Below are positions 26,104 to 35,000 of a stretch of DNA of 64,000 nucleotides, piece after piece (within the stretch, counting starts at the first letter, position 1; each line of letters begins with the position of its first letter). The position numbers and the translations under genes are program-made. The notes under the pieces are model-generated. The model saw nothing but the letters and a program-made list of their open reading frames with translations. It ran no database searches and had not been told where the DNA came from. Origin of the DNA: an uncultured archaeon (lineage in GTDB: Archaea; Micrarchaeota; Micrarchaeia; Micrarchaeales; CABMGC01); the NCBI GenBank assembly GCA_963704435.1, contig OY969902.1, positions 136,949 through 200,948 of the forward strand, written 5' to 3'.

Positions 26104-27279
26104 ATGTTCGAGGGACTGAAGAAGAAGTTCGCGGAGTTCGCCGACTCATTCGGCAGGAAGGAGAAGGAGAAGATAGAGGAAGTCCGCGAGGAGGAGACGG
26201 TCCCTCCCGCCAAAACGGAGCGCGAGGCGGAATCCCGGCCAAAAAGGGAAGAGCATCCGAAGAAAGAGCCTGAGCGCGAGCAGGAGGCTGAAGCTCCGCG
26301 GGCTGAGCATGAGGTTCCGCACGTCCGTGCGCGGGCGGAAAGGCCCGCAGAAGCCAAGTCCAAGGAGAAGAAACCCGACGTGTCGTTCGCCACGAAGCTG
26401 AAGGGCGCGTTCCTCGTCGAGGTCAAAATCAGCGAGAAGGACGTTGACCCTTTCCTGGAGCAGCTCAGAATGGCGCTCCTGCAGACCGACGTCAACTATG
26501 ACGTCGCTGAGAAGATAGTCGAGAGGATGCGCGCCAACATGGTCGGGTCGCGGATGAGCTCTAGGGGCATAGCCAGCGGGATACGCGGCGAGATGCGCAG
26601 CGCGATAATGGAGATAATGAGCAAGAACAGGGACGCCGACATCGTGAAGCTCGCGGTGGAGAGGAAGGCGGCGCACGAGATTCCGTTCAAGGTCCTATTC
26701 ATCGGCCCCAACGGCGCGGGCAAGACCACGACGATAGCGAAGATGGCGAGCATGCTGGGCGAAAGGGGCGTGAGATGCGTCGTCTCGGCAAGTGACACGT
26801 TCAGGGCCGCAGCCATAGAGCAGGCAGTCTTCCACGCAAAGAAGCTTGGCGTCGACGTAGTGAAGGGGAGCTACGGGGCGGACCCAACGAGCGTGGCCTT
26901 CGACGCGATAGCTTATGCAAAGGCGCACGGCGCCGATGCGGTGCTGATCGACACCGCGGGCAGGCAGGAGACCAACAGGAGCCTCATTGAGGAACTCAGG
27001 AAGATGGTCAGGGTAAACAAGCCGGACCTGTGCATCTTCGTAGGGGAGGGCATAGCCGGAAACGCGCTGCTCGATCAGGTAAGGCAGTTCAATGAGGCGC
27101 TGAAGCTCGATGGGATAATACTGACTAAGCTGGACTGCGACGCGAAGGGAGGCAATACGCTCTCGATACTCAGCGAGACCACGGTGCCCGTGCTCTACTT
27201 CGGGACGGGCGAGAAGTATGGCGACCTCATTCCCTACGACCCGAAATTCGTGGTCGACAGCATCGTGCCCGAGGACTAG
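26104..27279 (+). CDS. ftsY: signal recognition particle receptor FtsY
   Basis: SRP-GTPase motifs GPNGAGKTTTIAKMA, DTFRAAAIEQ, DTAGRQE and LTKLDCDAKGG. Charged N-terminal A-domain. Confidence 0.9.
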   Translation: MFEGLKKKFAEFADSFGRKEKEKIEEVREEETVPPAKTEREAESRPKREEHPKKEPEREQEAEAPRAEHEVPHVRARAERPAEAKSKEKKPDVSFATKLKGAFLVEVKISEKDVDPFLEQLRMALLQTDVNYDVAEKIVERMRANMVGSRMSSRGIASGIRGEMRSAIMEIMSKNRDADIVKLAVERKAAHEIPFKVLFIGPNGAGKTTTIAKMASMLGERGVRCVVSASDTFRAAAIEQAVFHAKKLGVDVVKGSYGADPTSVAFDAIAYAKAHGADAVLIDTAGRQETNRSLIEELRKMVRVNKPDLCIFVGEGIAGNALLDQVRQFNEALKLDGIILTKLDCDAKGGNTLSILSETTVPVLYFGTGEKYGDLIPYDPKFVVDSIVPED

Positions 27280-27325
27280 CAGCAACGCATATAAAGATAT
27301 ACAAAATAAAGGATTCGGCCATCTC

Positions 27326-27604
27326 TTGAAAGGGGACGCGATAAGAAAGAGGATTCTATTTGCCAGCGTCTGCTGGATCGCCACAGGGGCTTTCACAGCG
27401 ATTATGGGCGCCTGGCTGGAGTTGGCGGTGCCGATAAACCAATGCCCGGTAAACGTGGCGGGCGGCACTTATCTGGTAGCGTGCAACGTCATGGGCATGC
27501 TGATGGTCATCGGCGGGATTCTCGCGCTGCTCGGCGGTATCGCGATATACCTGTCAAGGCACACGATAGAGCGCCTCAACAGGCGTTTCGTAAGGCGCCG
27601 CTGA
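27326..27604 (+). CDS. small membrane protein (about 92 aa, start uncertain)
   Basis: Two hydrophobic helices (ILFASVCWIATGAFTAIMGAWL; MGMLMVIGGILALLGGIAIYL) and a basic tail. Candidate TTG start at 27326 downstream of TATA-like CATATAAAGATATAC; an alternative ATG is at 27404. Confidence 0.35.
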   Translation: MKGDAIRKRILFASVCWIATGAFTAIMGAWLELAVPINQCPVNVAGGTYLVACNVMGMLMVIGGILALLGGIAIYLSRHTIERLNRRFVRRR

Positions 27605-27701
27605 ACGCGGAATGCGCACCTGCTCCTGCCTCATGTGGTCGTGCAGACCAACCCATAAATAAGTTATCAAACATAATAGTTACGTTAATCGGGTTCATCG
27701 A

Positions 27702-28664
27702 ATGGCCAGCATAGCGGACCTCGCCTGGACTGAGAAGTACAGGCCGAAGAAGATAAGCGACGTCATAGGCCAGGACGCGATAGCCGAGAGGCTCGGGGCG
27801 TTCGCCAAAAGCAGGAGCTTCCCGAACATGATATTCGCCGGGCCGGCCGGGGTGGGGAAGACGACATCCGCCATAGCGCTGGCGAACGAGCTGTACGAGG
27901 ACAAGATAGGCGAGGCCTTCCTGGAGCTCAACGCCAGCGACTCCAGGGGAATCGATGTCATAAGGGGCAGGGTCAAGGAGTTCGCAAGGACGCTGCCGAT
28001 GACCAACGGGCTCGTGAAGACCATATTCCTCGACGAGGCCGATGCGCTCACGCCTGAGGCGCAGCACGCGCTGCGAAGGACCATGGAGAAGTATTCCGCG
28101 ACCACGAGATTCATATTCAGCGCGAACTACGCGAGCAAGATAATAGAGCCGATACAGAGCAGGTGCGTAGTCCTGAGGTTCAAGCTTCTCAACGAGGACG
28201 AGGTGAAGGCGTACATAAAGCGCGTGGCGAAGGGCGAGGGCCTCGAGATAGACGAAAAGGCGATGGAGGCGCTGGTCTACGTGAGCGAGGGAGACCTCAG
28301 GAAGCTCACGAACACGCTCCAGAGCGCGGCAGTGCTCGACAGGAAGGTGACGGACAAGATCATATACGACCTATCCTCTCGGGCGAGGCCGAAGGAAGTA
28401 ATGTCGATGCTCAGGTTCGCGGCCACCGGAGACTACATGAAGGCGAGAGTGGAACTCAACACGCTGATGTTCTCCTATGGCATGAGCGGGGAGGACATAC
28501 TGATGCAGTGCTACAGGGAGGCGCTCAACATGGACATAGCTGACGAGCGGAAGCTGCAGCTGGTGAAGTCGATAGGAGAGTGCAACTTCAGGATAGTCGA
28601 GGGAGCAAACGAGCGGATCCAGCTCGAGGCGATGCTGGCTTCTATAGCGCTGACTGGAAAGTAA
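27702..28664 (+). CDS. rfcS: replication factor C small subunit
   Basis: WTEKYRPKKISDVIGQD, Walker A GPAGVGKTTSA, DEAD box FLDEADALT, SRC motif QSRCVVLRF. No intein. Confidence 0.9.
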   Translation: MASIADLAWTEKYRPKKISDVIGQDAIAERLGAFAKSRSFPNMIFAGPAGVGKTTSAIALANELYEDKIGEAFLELNASDSRGIDVIRGRVKEFARTLPMTNGLVKTIFLDEADALTPEAQHALRRTMEKYSATTRFIFSANYASKIIEPIQSRCVVLRFKLLNEDEVKAYIKRVAKGEGLEIDEKAMEALVYVSEGDLRKLTNTLQSAAVLDRKVTDKIIYDLSSRARPKEVMSMLRFAATGDYMKARVELNTLMFSYGMSGEDILMQCYREALNMDIADERKLQLVKSIGECNFRIVEGANERIQLEAMLASIALTGK

Positions 28665-28723
28665 CTCATTCTGCTGGAAAGACTTATATATCTATGAGGG
28701 TATATACTTATTAGGTGTAGCGA

Positions 28724-28993
28724 ATGCAGCAGATGCAGAAAGAGATAGTGCACTATCCGACGCTCAAGACCGTGCTGGCCATAGAGGAAGTCATCAAGAA
28801 GGCCAACACTCCGCTTAGCAGGAACCAGATACTTGGCAAGCTTCCGACCAAGGTTATGCGCTCCACGCTCAACTTCGCGCTTGACTACATGGAGAGGCGC
28901 GGAATGGTGCTGGATACCAAGAAGGGTTTTGTCTGGACATTCAATGCCAGCAAGAAGCTGGAGAAGGCGGAGGCGGAAGGCCTGCAAATGTGA
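28724..28993 (+). CDS. small winged-helix protein (89 aa)
   Basis: The pattern LSRNQILGKLPTKVMRSTLNFALDYMERRGMVLDTKKGFVWTF looks like an HTH plus wing. SD-like TAGGTGTAG lies upstream. Confidence 0.45.
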   Translation: MQQMQKEIVHYPTLKTVLAIEEVIKKANTPLSRNQILGKLPTKVMRSTLNFALDYMERRGMVLDTKKGFVWTFNASKKLEKAEAEGLQM

Positions 28994-29257
28994 TCATTTG
29001 GCAGAGAAGCGCGTGTCGATAAAATTCATAGGAGACGCAAAGGACGCGTACCTACGTTTGAGGAAGCAGGTAAACGAGGAGTTGGCTACACGCTGAAACA
29101 ACCCCAAAGGGAAGACACAGAAGTCGAAATACTCTCGATCTGGCTTGACGTGCTCGACATAATAGACCATGAAGAATACGATAGAATATTTGAATATAGA
29201 AAAAGGTAGGCAGCCATTAAGTAAAATCTTATAAAGTCCAAAGTTAAGGATTATGCT

Positions 29258-29785
29258 ATGAAAGTCATTTTGTACATGGCAATGACGCCAAACGGAATGA
29301 TAGCCACGGAAGACGATGACACGAGTTGGGTCAGCGAAAACGAGTGGAAAAGTTTTAGTGGCATGATAAAGAGATATGGAAACATGGTTATTGGCAGGCG
29401 AACCTATGAGATTATGCTAAGAAATGGCGATTTCAATAAATCAGATCTTAACGGAATAAAAACCGTCGTTTTGACAAGCAGATCGATAAGAACTCATGAT
29501 CTAAAATCGGTGCATACGGCTAAATCTCCTAGGGAGGCGCTGAACATCCTAAAAGAATTCAAAATTCTGATGGTCTGCGGCGGCGGCGGATTGAATGCAA
29601 GTTTCATGAAAGAAAGTCTGATTAATGAGATTTATCTTGATATTGAGCCGATCGCGTTTGGAAAAGGCGTACGGCTCTTTTCAGAAGCCAATTTTTCAAC
29701 TAAATTGAAACTTGTTGGAACAAGAAAACTTTCAAAGAATGAAATCCAACTTCATTATAAAGTTATCGGAGCAGCTGAAAGATAA
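29258..29785 (+). CDS. dihydrofolate reductase-family / RibD C-terminal domain protein
   Basis: MKVILYMAMTPNGMIA...WVSENEWKSF...MVIGRRTYE...LMVCGGGGLNASFMKESLINEIYLDIEPIAFGKG follows the RibD_C/DHFR-like pattern. AT-rich gene (line 29401 = 18/60 G+C). Confidence 0.6.
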   Translation: MKVILYMAMTPNGMIATEDDDTSWVSENEWKSFSGMIKRYGNMVIGRRTYEIMLRNGDFNKSDLNGIKTVVLTSRSIRTHDLKSVHTAKSPREALNILKEFKILMVCGGGGLNASFMKESLINEIYLDIEPIAFGKGVRLFSEANFSTKLKLVGTRKLSKNEIQLHYKVIGAAER

Positions 29786-29800
29786 ACTGACGCAGACAGG

Positions 29801-30367
29801 TCATCCCTTTCTCGCAAAGACCAGATACGCTGTGTGCCAAAGGCCAGTGTTCGATGGCCTCATCCCTTCCTTTCTGACTAGGAAATCCCTTACGATGACC
29901 TCGACAGTGTGAATCTCTATGAACTTTAGGGCCTCCAGCTTCATGACGTACTTCTTCACCTGCTCCACGTGCGGCAGGTAGCCCACGACCGTTCCGCCCT
30001 GCTTCAGCGCCTTCTTCGCGTTCCTCAGTGCCTTCTCCGAGTTCGGGAGGTCCAGCGTGACCAGGTCGGCATCGGTCTCGTCGATCCTCTTGGACACGTC
30101 CCCCTTTTTCAGCGTCACGTTGTCCAGGCCTAGCTGCTTCACGTTCTGGTCGGCTATCCTAAGGAAGTCATCGCGCAGGTCATAGGTGTAGACGTGCCTG
30201 CACAGCCGCGCCAGGCTGACCGCGAGCCATCCGCTCCCTGTGCCCGCGTCTATGCACACGCTGTTCTTGTCGATTCCCGAGTATGCGATTATTATCCCGA
30301 TGTCCTTCGGGAGTATGACCTGCGGCCCCCTTTTCATTTTCTTGTACGTCTTGGGATAGATGAACAA
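29801..30367 (-). CDS. trmI: tRNA (adenine-N1)-methyltransferase TrmI/Gcd14-like
   Basis: RGPQVILPKDIGIIIAYSGI...VCIDAGTGSGWLAVSLA...VYTYDLRDDF...DLVTLDLPN matches the TrmI catalytic domain. Confidence 0.65.
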   Translation of the reverse strand: MFIYPKTYKKMKRGPQVILPKDIGIIIAYSGIDKNSVCIDAGTGSGWLAVSLARLCRHVYTYDLRDDFLRIADQNVKQLGLDNVTLKKGDVSKRIDETDADLVTLDLPNSEKALRNAKKALKQGGTVVGYLPHVEQVKKYVMKLEALKFIEIHTVEVIVRDFLVRKEGMRPSNTGLWHTAYLVFARKG

Positions 30368-30371
30368 ACAA

Positions 30372-32603
30372 TCACTTCTTCTTGGCTGCCTTCGGCTTAG
30401 CTGCCGCTTTTAAAATAGTCTTCTTCGCTTTAATTGCTTTTGGCTTCTTCATTTCCTTCGCTACCGCGGGTGCGGGAGTCAGGACACTCTGCACCGTCTG
30501 CTTCAGTTCCGAGGCCGGCTTCGCCTCCACGGGCTTCGCGACCGGAACTGGCTTCTTGGCCCAGTCCTTCTTCGTGACGCACGTCGGGTCCAGGTCCATG
30601 GTGAACACCTTCCCCTGCCGGAATACCTTGACTATCGGAGTCTTGCAGAACTCGCAGACCTTCCCTGTCGGTACGATCTTCGCGCCCTGCGGAAGCGGAT
30701 AGGTGTTGTTGCAGTTCGGCCAGTTCGCGCACGCGGCGAACTGCTTGCCTGCGCGCGAGTGCTTCACGACAAGGTTCCCGCCGTCCTTCAGGCACTTGCC
30801 CAGGATGTTGGATTCGCTCGTCAGCTCAAGGCCCTTCTGCAGGCTCTGGCTTATCTCCCTCTGGTTCTTTGTGAATGTCGCGATTATGCCTGTTATCATC
30901 TCCTTGCCTTCGCTTATCACGGCCGCCTTCGTGGTCTTGCCCTTCACGATCTCGTCCATGTCCTCGTCGAGCTTCTTGGTCATCGACTCGTCCAGTATGG
31001 GCTCGCAGTACGACTTCAGCGCCCCGTAGACGCTCATCCCGTACTCAGTGGCCTCGATCCTCTTGTTCTGTATGTAGCCCCTATTGAACAGCGTGTCTAT
31101 TATCGCGGCGCGCGTGGCCTTAGTGCCCAGGTTCTTCTTCTCTAGCAGCGCGATTATTGTCGCTTTGGAGAACCTGTCCGGAGGCTTAGTGGTCTGCTTC
31201 TTCGTCTGCGACTTCTCCACAGGCTCGCTCGCACCCTTCTCGAACGCAGGTATGGTGGCCTCCGCGGGCCTGTAGTAGCCGTAGAAGGAGAGCCAGCCGC
31301 TCTTCGTCACCCTGCTGCCGTGCGCCGCGTACTTCTCGCCCCTGATGTCCAGGACCACGTCGATCTTCTCGATGCTGGCGTAGTCCGCGAACGCGGCGAG
31401 GAACCTCCTCACTATGAGGTCGTAGAGCTTGGCCTCGTCCGGCGCTAGCTTCGACGGGAGCTCGCCCGTGGGATATATCGCCGGATGCGCCTCGTCCTCT
31501 TTCATGCCTTCTGCTGGCCTGAACCTCGACGCGCCTATCAGCTGGTCCGCCAGCGCCTTGTACGACGGATTCTTCGCTATCTCGCTGATTATCTTGGGAA
31601 GGTTCAGGGAGGGGGGCAGCTTCTGCGACGCCGTCCTCGGATACGATATGAAGGACCGCTCATAGAGCGACTGCGCGAGTGCCAGCGTCTTCGTCGGGTC
31701 GAGGCCCAGCGCCCTGCTCGCCTCTAGCTGCATGGAGGTCAAGTCGAACGGAGGGAAGGGCCTCATTGCGTTCTCCTTCACGTCCACCTTCTCGACGACC
31801 GCGGTCGCTCCGTCCGCTGACTTTGCCAACGCATCCGCAGCGCGCTGGTCGAATATCGCGCCCTTCGCGCTCTCGAAGCTAGTCCCCTTCACAGTGACGA
31901 ATGCCTTCCAGTAGTCCTGCGGCTTGAAGCCCCTTATCTCCTTCTCACGCTCCGCGAGTATCGCGAGCGTGGGGCCCTGGACTCTGCCTATGCTCATGAC
32001 CTTCCTGGCGCCCACCGAGGACATCGCGCGCATCAGGGCCCTGCTGAGGTTTATGCCCCATATCCAATCGATTATGTGACGCGTTTCTCCGGCGTCGAAG
32101 TTTCCGCTGTCGAACTGCCCAGCAGCGTCGTACGACGCAATCAGGTCGGACCTCGTCGTGGTCGAGAATCGCATACGCCTTATGCTTCCTGTCTGCGTCC
32201 CAGCTATCTCCTCATTGACGTTGCCGTCCCTGACGTACTTTATTATGTTCGTGCCTATGACCGTGCCCTCCGTGTCATAGTCGCACGCGTTGACGTAGAC
32301 GTCGCAGCCCTTTGCGGCCTCCTTTATGGTGTCGAGGTACTTCTTGGTGAAATAGGATCCCTTGCTGACGCCGAACGACGGCACCCACTCGACGTCGAAG
32401 ACAGGCAGTTTCCCCCCCGCTCCTTTCTGGGTCAGCGAGAAGAGGTGGCCCACCGCGGCCACCACCACGAGCGTGCCTCCTTTGCTGCTCAGCTCGTAGT
32501 AGCTCACTCCGTTGAGGCTCTTCCTCATGGGGCCCGAGTCTCCGAGCGAGAGCGCTATCCTCAGCGCTACGCTAGGCTTCTCGGCTATTATGAGACTGCG
32601 CAT
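30372..32603 (-). CDS. topA: type IA DNA topoisomerase (TopA/Topo III-like) with Zn-ribbons and K/A/P-rich C-terminal tail
   Basis: Toprim start MRSLIIAEKPSVA, DYDTEGT, the active-site region SYPRTASQKL, C-terminal CxxC...CxxC ribbons, and a tail ...AKEMKKPKAIKAKKTILKAAAKPKAAKKK. Confidence 0.9.
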   Translation of the reverse strand: MRSLIIAEKPSVALRIALSLGDSGPMRKSLNGVSYYELSSKGGTLVVVAAVGHLFSLTQKGAGGKLPVFDVEWVPSFGVSKGSYFTKKYLDTIKEAAKGCDVYVNACDYDTEGTVIGTNIIKYVRDGNVNEEIAGTQTGSIRRMRFSTTTRSDLIASYDAAGQFDSGNFDAGETRHIIDWIWGINLSRALMRAMSSVGARKVMSIGRVQGPTLAILAEREKEIRGFKPQDYWKAFVTVKGTSFESAKGAIFDQRAADALAKSADGATAVVEKVDVKENAMRPFPPFDLTSMQLEASRALGLDPTKTLALAQSLYERSFISYPRTASQKLPPSLNLPKIISEIAKNPSYKALADQLIGASRFRPAEGMKEDEAHPAIYPTGELPSKLAPDEAKLYDLIVRRFLAAFADYASIEKIDVVLDIRGEKYAAHGSRVTKSGWLSFYGYYRPAEATIPAFEKGASEPVEKSQTKKQTTKPPDRFSKATIIALLEKKNLGTKATRAAIIDTLFNRGYIQNKRIEATEYGMSVYGALKSYCEPILDESMTKKLDEDMDEIVKGKTTKAAVISEGKEMITGIIATFTKNQREISQSLQKGLELTSESNILGKCLKDGGNLVVKHSRAGKQFAACANWPNCNNTYPLPQGAKIVPTGKVCEFCKTPIVKVFRQGKVFTMDLDPTCVTKKDWAKKPVPVAKPVEAKPASELKQTVQSVLTPAPAVAKEMKKPKAIKAKKTILKAAAKPKAAKKK

Positions 32604-32608
32604 TCGAA

Positions 32609-32875
32609 TCAGCTTCGCCTTCTCTTCCTTGGCTTCCTCGCTGGGGCAGCCTGGCGCGCGCGAGCGCTCTGGGCCGGCGCCTTCGAAAGGTGGTAGGCCA
32701 TGTAGAAGCCCAGCGCTATCGCGAGCACCGCGAACGCGTAGAACAGCGCCATTACCTGCAGCGCGAAGGATACGACCGCGATGATGCTCAGCACCACTAC
32801 GCCTATGGAGAAGGTGAACGCCTGCATCTCGTGCTTGTTGTCGATGAACGCGAACTGCATCGTACCACTGGACAA
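32609..32875 (-). CDS. small membrane protein (88 aa)
   Basis: Two TM helices (FTFSIGVVVLSIIAVVSFAL; FYAFAVLAIALGFYMAY) and an Arg-rich tail. Ends 5 nt before the topA start. Confidence 0.4.
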   Translation of the reverse strand: MSSGTMQFAFIDNKHEMQAFTFSIGVVVLSIIAVVSFALQVMALFYAFAVLAIALGFYMAYHLSKAPAQSARARQAAPARKPRKRRRS

Positions 32876-32907
32876 TCTCTTGTAATGCTAAAGATTTAAA
32901 GGCTTAG

Positions 32908-33297
32908 GTGCGAATCCCTACCGTTATGGACGGCGGGCTCTTCGTAATAGCGATCACCCTTGTCGCGGCGCTGATGGCCGCGGCCGCGCAGTACCTCTTC
33001 AAGAGGAACCTCAGGACTTTCAGGTTCACCGTGAAGGGGATAATCAGCATACTTGAGAGGAGGCAGACGGTGCTCGGGCTCGGCATGTACTTCGTGAGCC
33101 TGCTCATCTACCTGTACGCCCTGCACGCCACGCCCATACTTTCGCTGGTCTACCCCGTGTTCGCGAGCTCGTTCGTCTTCGTGCTGCTGATATCGAAGTA
33201 CGCCCTGAAGGAGAGGTTCAGCACGGCCAGGATACTCGGCCTCGCGCTGATAGTGCTGGGCATAGCGCTGGTGGCCCTCTCATACCCCGGACTGTGA
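32908..33297 (+). CDS. EamA/SMR-like 4-TM small transporter subunit (ArnE/ArnF-like)
   Basis: 129 aa, four hydrophobic helices. Paired with a similar 111-aa gene 4 nt downstream. Confidence 0.55.
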   Translation: MRIPTVMDGGLFVIAITLVAALMAAAAQYLFKRNLRTFRFTVKGIISILERRQTVLGLGMYFVSLLIYLYALHATPILSLVYPVFASSFVFVLLISKYALKERFSTARILGLALIVLGIALVALSYPGL

Positions 33298-33301
33298 TCG
33301 C

Positions 33302-33637
33302 ATGAAAGAGAACAAGATCGCATACGCCTGCCTCCTCCTAGGCAGCACGTTCCTCGGCGCGGTAGGGCAGGCGCTATTCAAGGTCGGGGTCGTCGGCAGC
33401 GCCATGGCGCTGGTCGAATTCGTCCTGCTAGGGCTCGTGTGCTACGGCGTGTCCACGCTGGTGTACTTCTACGTGCTCAGCAGGTCGCACCTTAGCTGGG
33501 CGTACGGGTTCACCGGGCTGAGCTACGTGTTCGCGAGCCTAATTGCGGTCTCCCTGCTCAGCGAGAAGGTGCCTGTGCTGAGATGGGTCGGCATAGCGAT
33601 CATAACGGTAGGGACCGTGCTGATAGGCTTCAGTTAA
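33302..33637 (+). CDS. EamA/SMR-like 4-TM small transporter subunit (second of pair)
   Basis: 111 aa, four hydrophobic helices. Ends with the typical ...WVGIAIITVGTVLIG motif. Confidence 0.55.
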   Translation: MKENKIAYACLLLGSTFLGAVGQALFKVGVVGSAMALVEFVLLGLVCYGVSTLVYFYVLSRSHLSWAYGFTGLSYVFASLIAVSLLSEKVPVLRWVGIAIITVGTVLIGFS

Positions 33638-33698
33638 CGCGAAATTCCGCCTTGTATTGTGAGAAGGATTTAAGAAGCTTGGAGAAAGATAGGTAACG

Positions 33699-34730
33699 AT
33701 GAAAACCATGGCGAAAAGCGAGCAAGCTAGGCTGGACCTCATAAGGAGGAACACCGAGGAGATACTCACGCTAGACGAGCTCGAGGGGCTGGTCTCGAGC
33801 AATAAACGCCTTTCGGCCTATTACGGTACTGCGCCAACTGGCCCGGTCCACCTTGGCTACCTGATACCGCTCAGCAAGGTCTTCGACTTCGGAAAGGCGG
33901 GCATGGATACTAAGATCCTGCTTGCGGACCTGCACGCTGCGCTCGACGACCGGAAGTCGAAGTGGGACGAGCTTGACAGGAAGGTTGAGTACTACAAGAA
34001 GTGCATGGAGCTGGCTTTCGACTGGGAACGCGTGCCTGTGTTCATCAGGGGTTCGAGCTTCCAGCTGAGCAAGGAGTACATGACTGACATGTTGAAGATC
34101 GCATCGATGGCCACGGTCAAGAGGGCGACTCGCGCAGCATCTGAGGTCACTCGGATGAAGGAACCAAAGGTCGGAGAGCTCATATACCCGATAATGCAGG
34201 CGCTGGACGAGCAGTACCTAAATGTTGACGTGCAGCTTGGCGGGATCGACCAGCGGCACATAATGGCTTTCGCAAGGGAGTACCTGGAGCTCGTCGGTTA
34301 CAGCAAGAGGGTCGAGATCATGACTCCAATTATGGTATCTCTGCAGGGGCCGGGCGCGAAGATGAGCGCCTCCGCTCCACTCACTCACATAAAGGTGTAT
34401 GAATCGGAGGAGTCGATAAGGAGCAAGATAAACAAGGCCTACTGCCCAGAGGGAGTGGTCCAGGACAATCCGATACTGCAGATATCGCGGTTCCTAATAT
34501 TCGGCACCAAGACGTCGCTGCTTATCAAGAGGGACGCGAAATTCGGCGGAGACCTGAAATTGGGATCTTACGAGGAGCTGGAGGAGAAGTTCAAGAACAG
34601 GAAGCTGCATCCGGCGGACCTCAAGAGGACCGTGACCGAGCACCTAATAAGCAGCTTTGACAAGGCAAGGGCGTATTTTGAGAGCAACAAGGACATGCTG
34701 GCTGAGCTTGGGGAGAATTTCCTGCCGTAG
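33699..34730 (+). CDS. tyrS: tyrosyl-tRNA synthetase (archaeal type)
   Basis: Class I motifs GTAPTGPVHLGY (HIGH-type) and GAKMSAS (KMSKS-type). GGIDQRHIM motif. About 340 aa, as in archaeal TyrRS. Confidence 0.85.
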   Translation: MKTMAKSEQARLDLIRRNTEEILTLDELEGLVSSNKRLSAYYGTAPTGPVHLGYLIPLSKVFDFGKAGMDTKILLADLHAALDDRKSKWDELDRKVEYYKKCMELAFDWERVPVFIRGSSFQLSKEYMTDMLKIASMATVKRATRAASEVTRMKEPKVGELIYPIMQALDEQYLNVDVQLGGIDQRHIMAFAREYLELVGYSKRVEIMTPIMVSLQGPGAKMSASAPLTHIKVYESEESIRSKINKAYCPEGVVQDNPILQISRFLIFGTKTSLLIKRDAKFGGDLKLGSYEELEEKFKNRKLHPADLKRTVTEHLISSFDKARAYFESNKDMLAELGENFLP

Positions 34731-34764
34731 CGCAGGCGCGCCATCGGCGCAGATCTGTAGAAAA

Positions 34765-34775
34765 GATTATAAATG
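34765..34775 (+). promoter_or_regulatory. strong BRE/TATA-like element (GTAGAAAA-GATTATAAATG)
   Basis: A purine-rich stretch followed by ATTATAAA. The predicted start about 26 nt downstream coincides with the first G of a perfect 10-bp hairpin (34796). Confidence 0.45.
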
Positions 34776-34795
34776 TTTCACAATATACCTAATAG

Positions 34796-34840
34796 GCGTT
34801 TAGAGCGTATTTTACCTGTTATTCCCCACCCTCTAAACGC
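34796..34840 (+). other. perfect 10-bp stem / 25-nt loop hairpin at the start of a 200-nt non-coding stretch (candidate small RNA or structured leader)
   Basis: GCGTTTAGAG (34796..34805) pairs with CTCTAAACGC (34831..34840). No ORF over 60 aa on this strand until 35001. Confidence 0.3.
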
Positions 34841-35000
34841 TGTGTAATTACGCCATTCAGCGCGCCCAAGATTTGCGCTTCTTTTGAGGTCTGTTCCGGG
34901 CGGCTGCTGAGCGCGATTGGACTGCAGATCGTCTTGGCCTAGGCCGAACACGGGATCTCAGAGGCAATAATCCGCCGCGCATTGGGGAAAACGGGAGACG

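Noticed and set aside
25638-26495. 285-aa ORF antisense to pfdA/ftsY
   Set aside because: It is S/R/A-rich low complexity and opposite two well-supported, syntenic genes.
34860-34985. Possibility that the structured intergenic region is SRP RNA, RNase P RNA or 5S rRNA
   Set aside because: None of the conserved signature sequences I know (RNase P CR-I GAGGAAAGUCC, SRP helix 8 GGAA/AGCA motifs, 5S loop motifs) is present on either strand. It is kept only as an unclassified candidate RNA.
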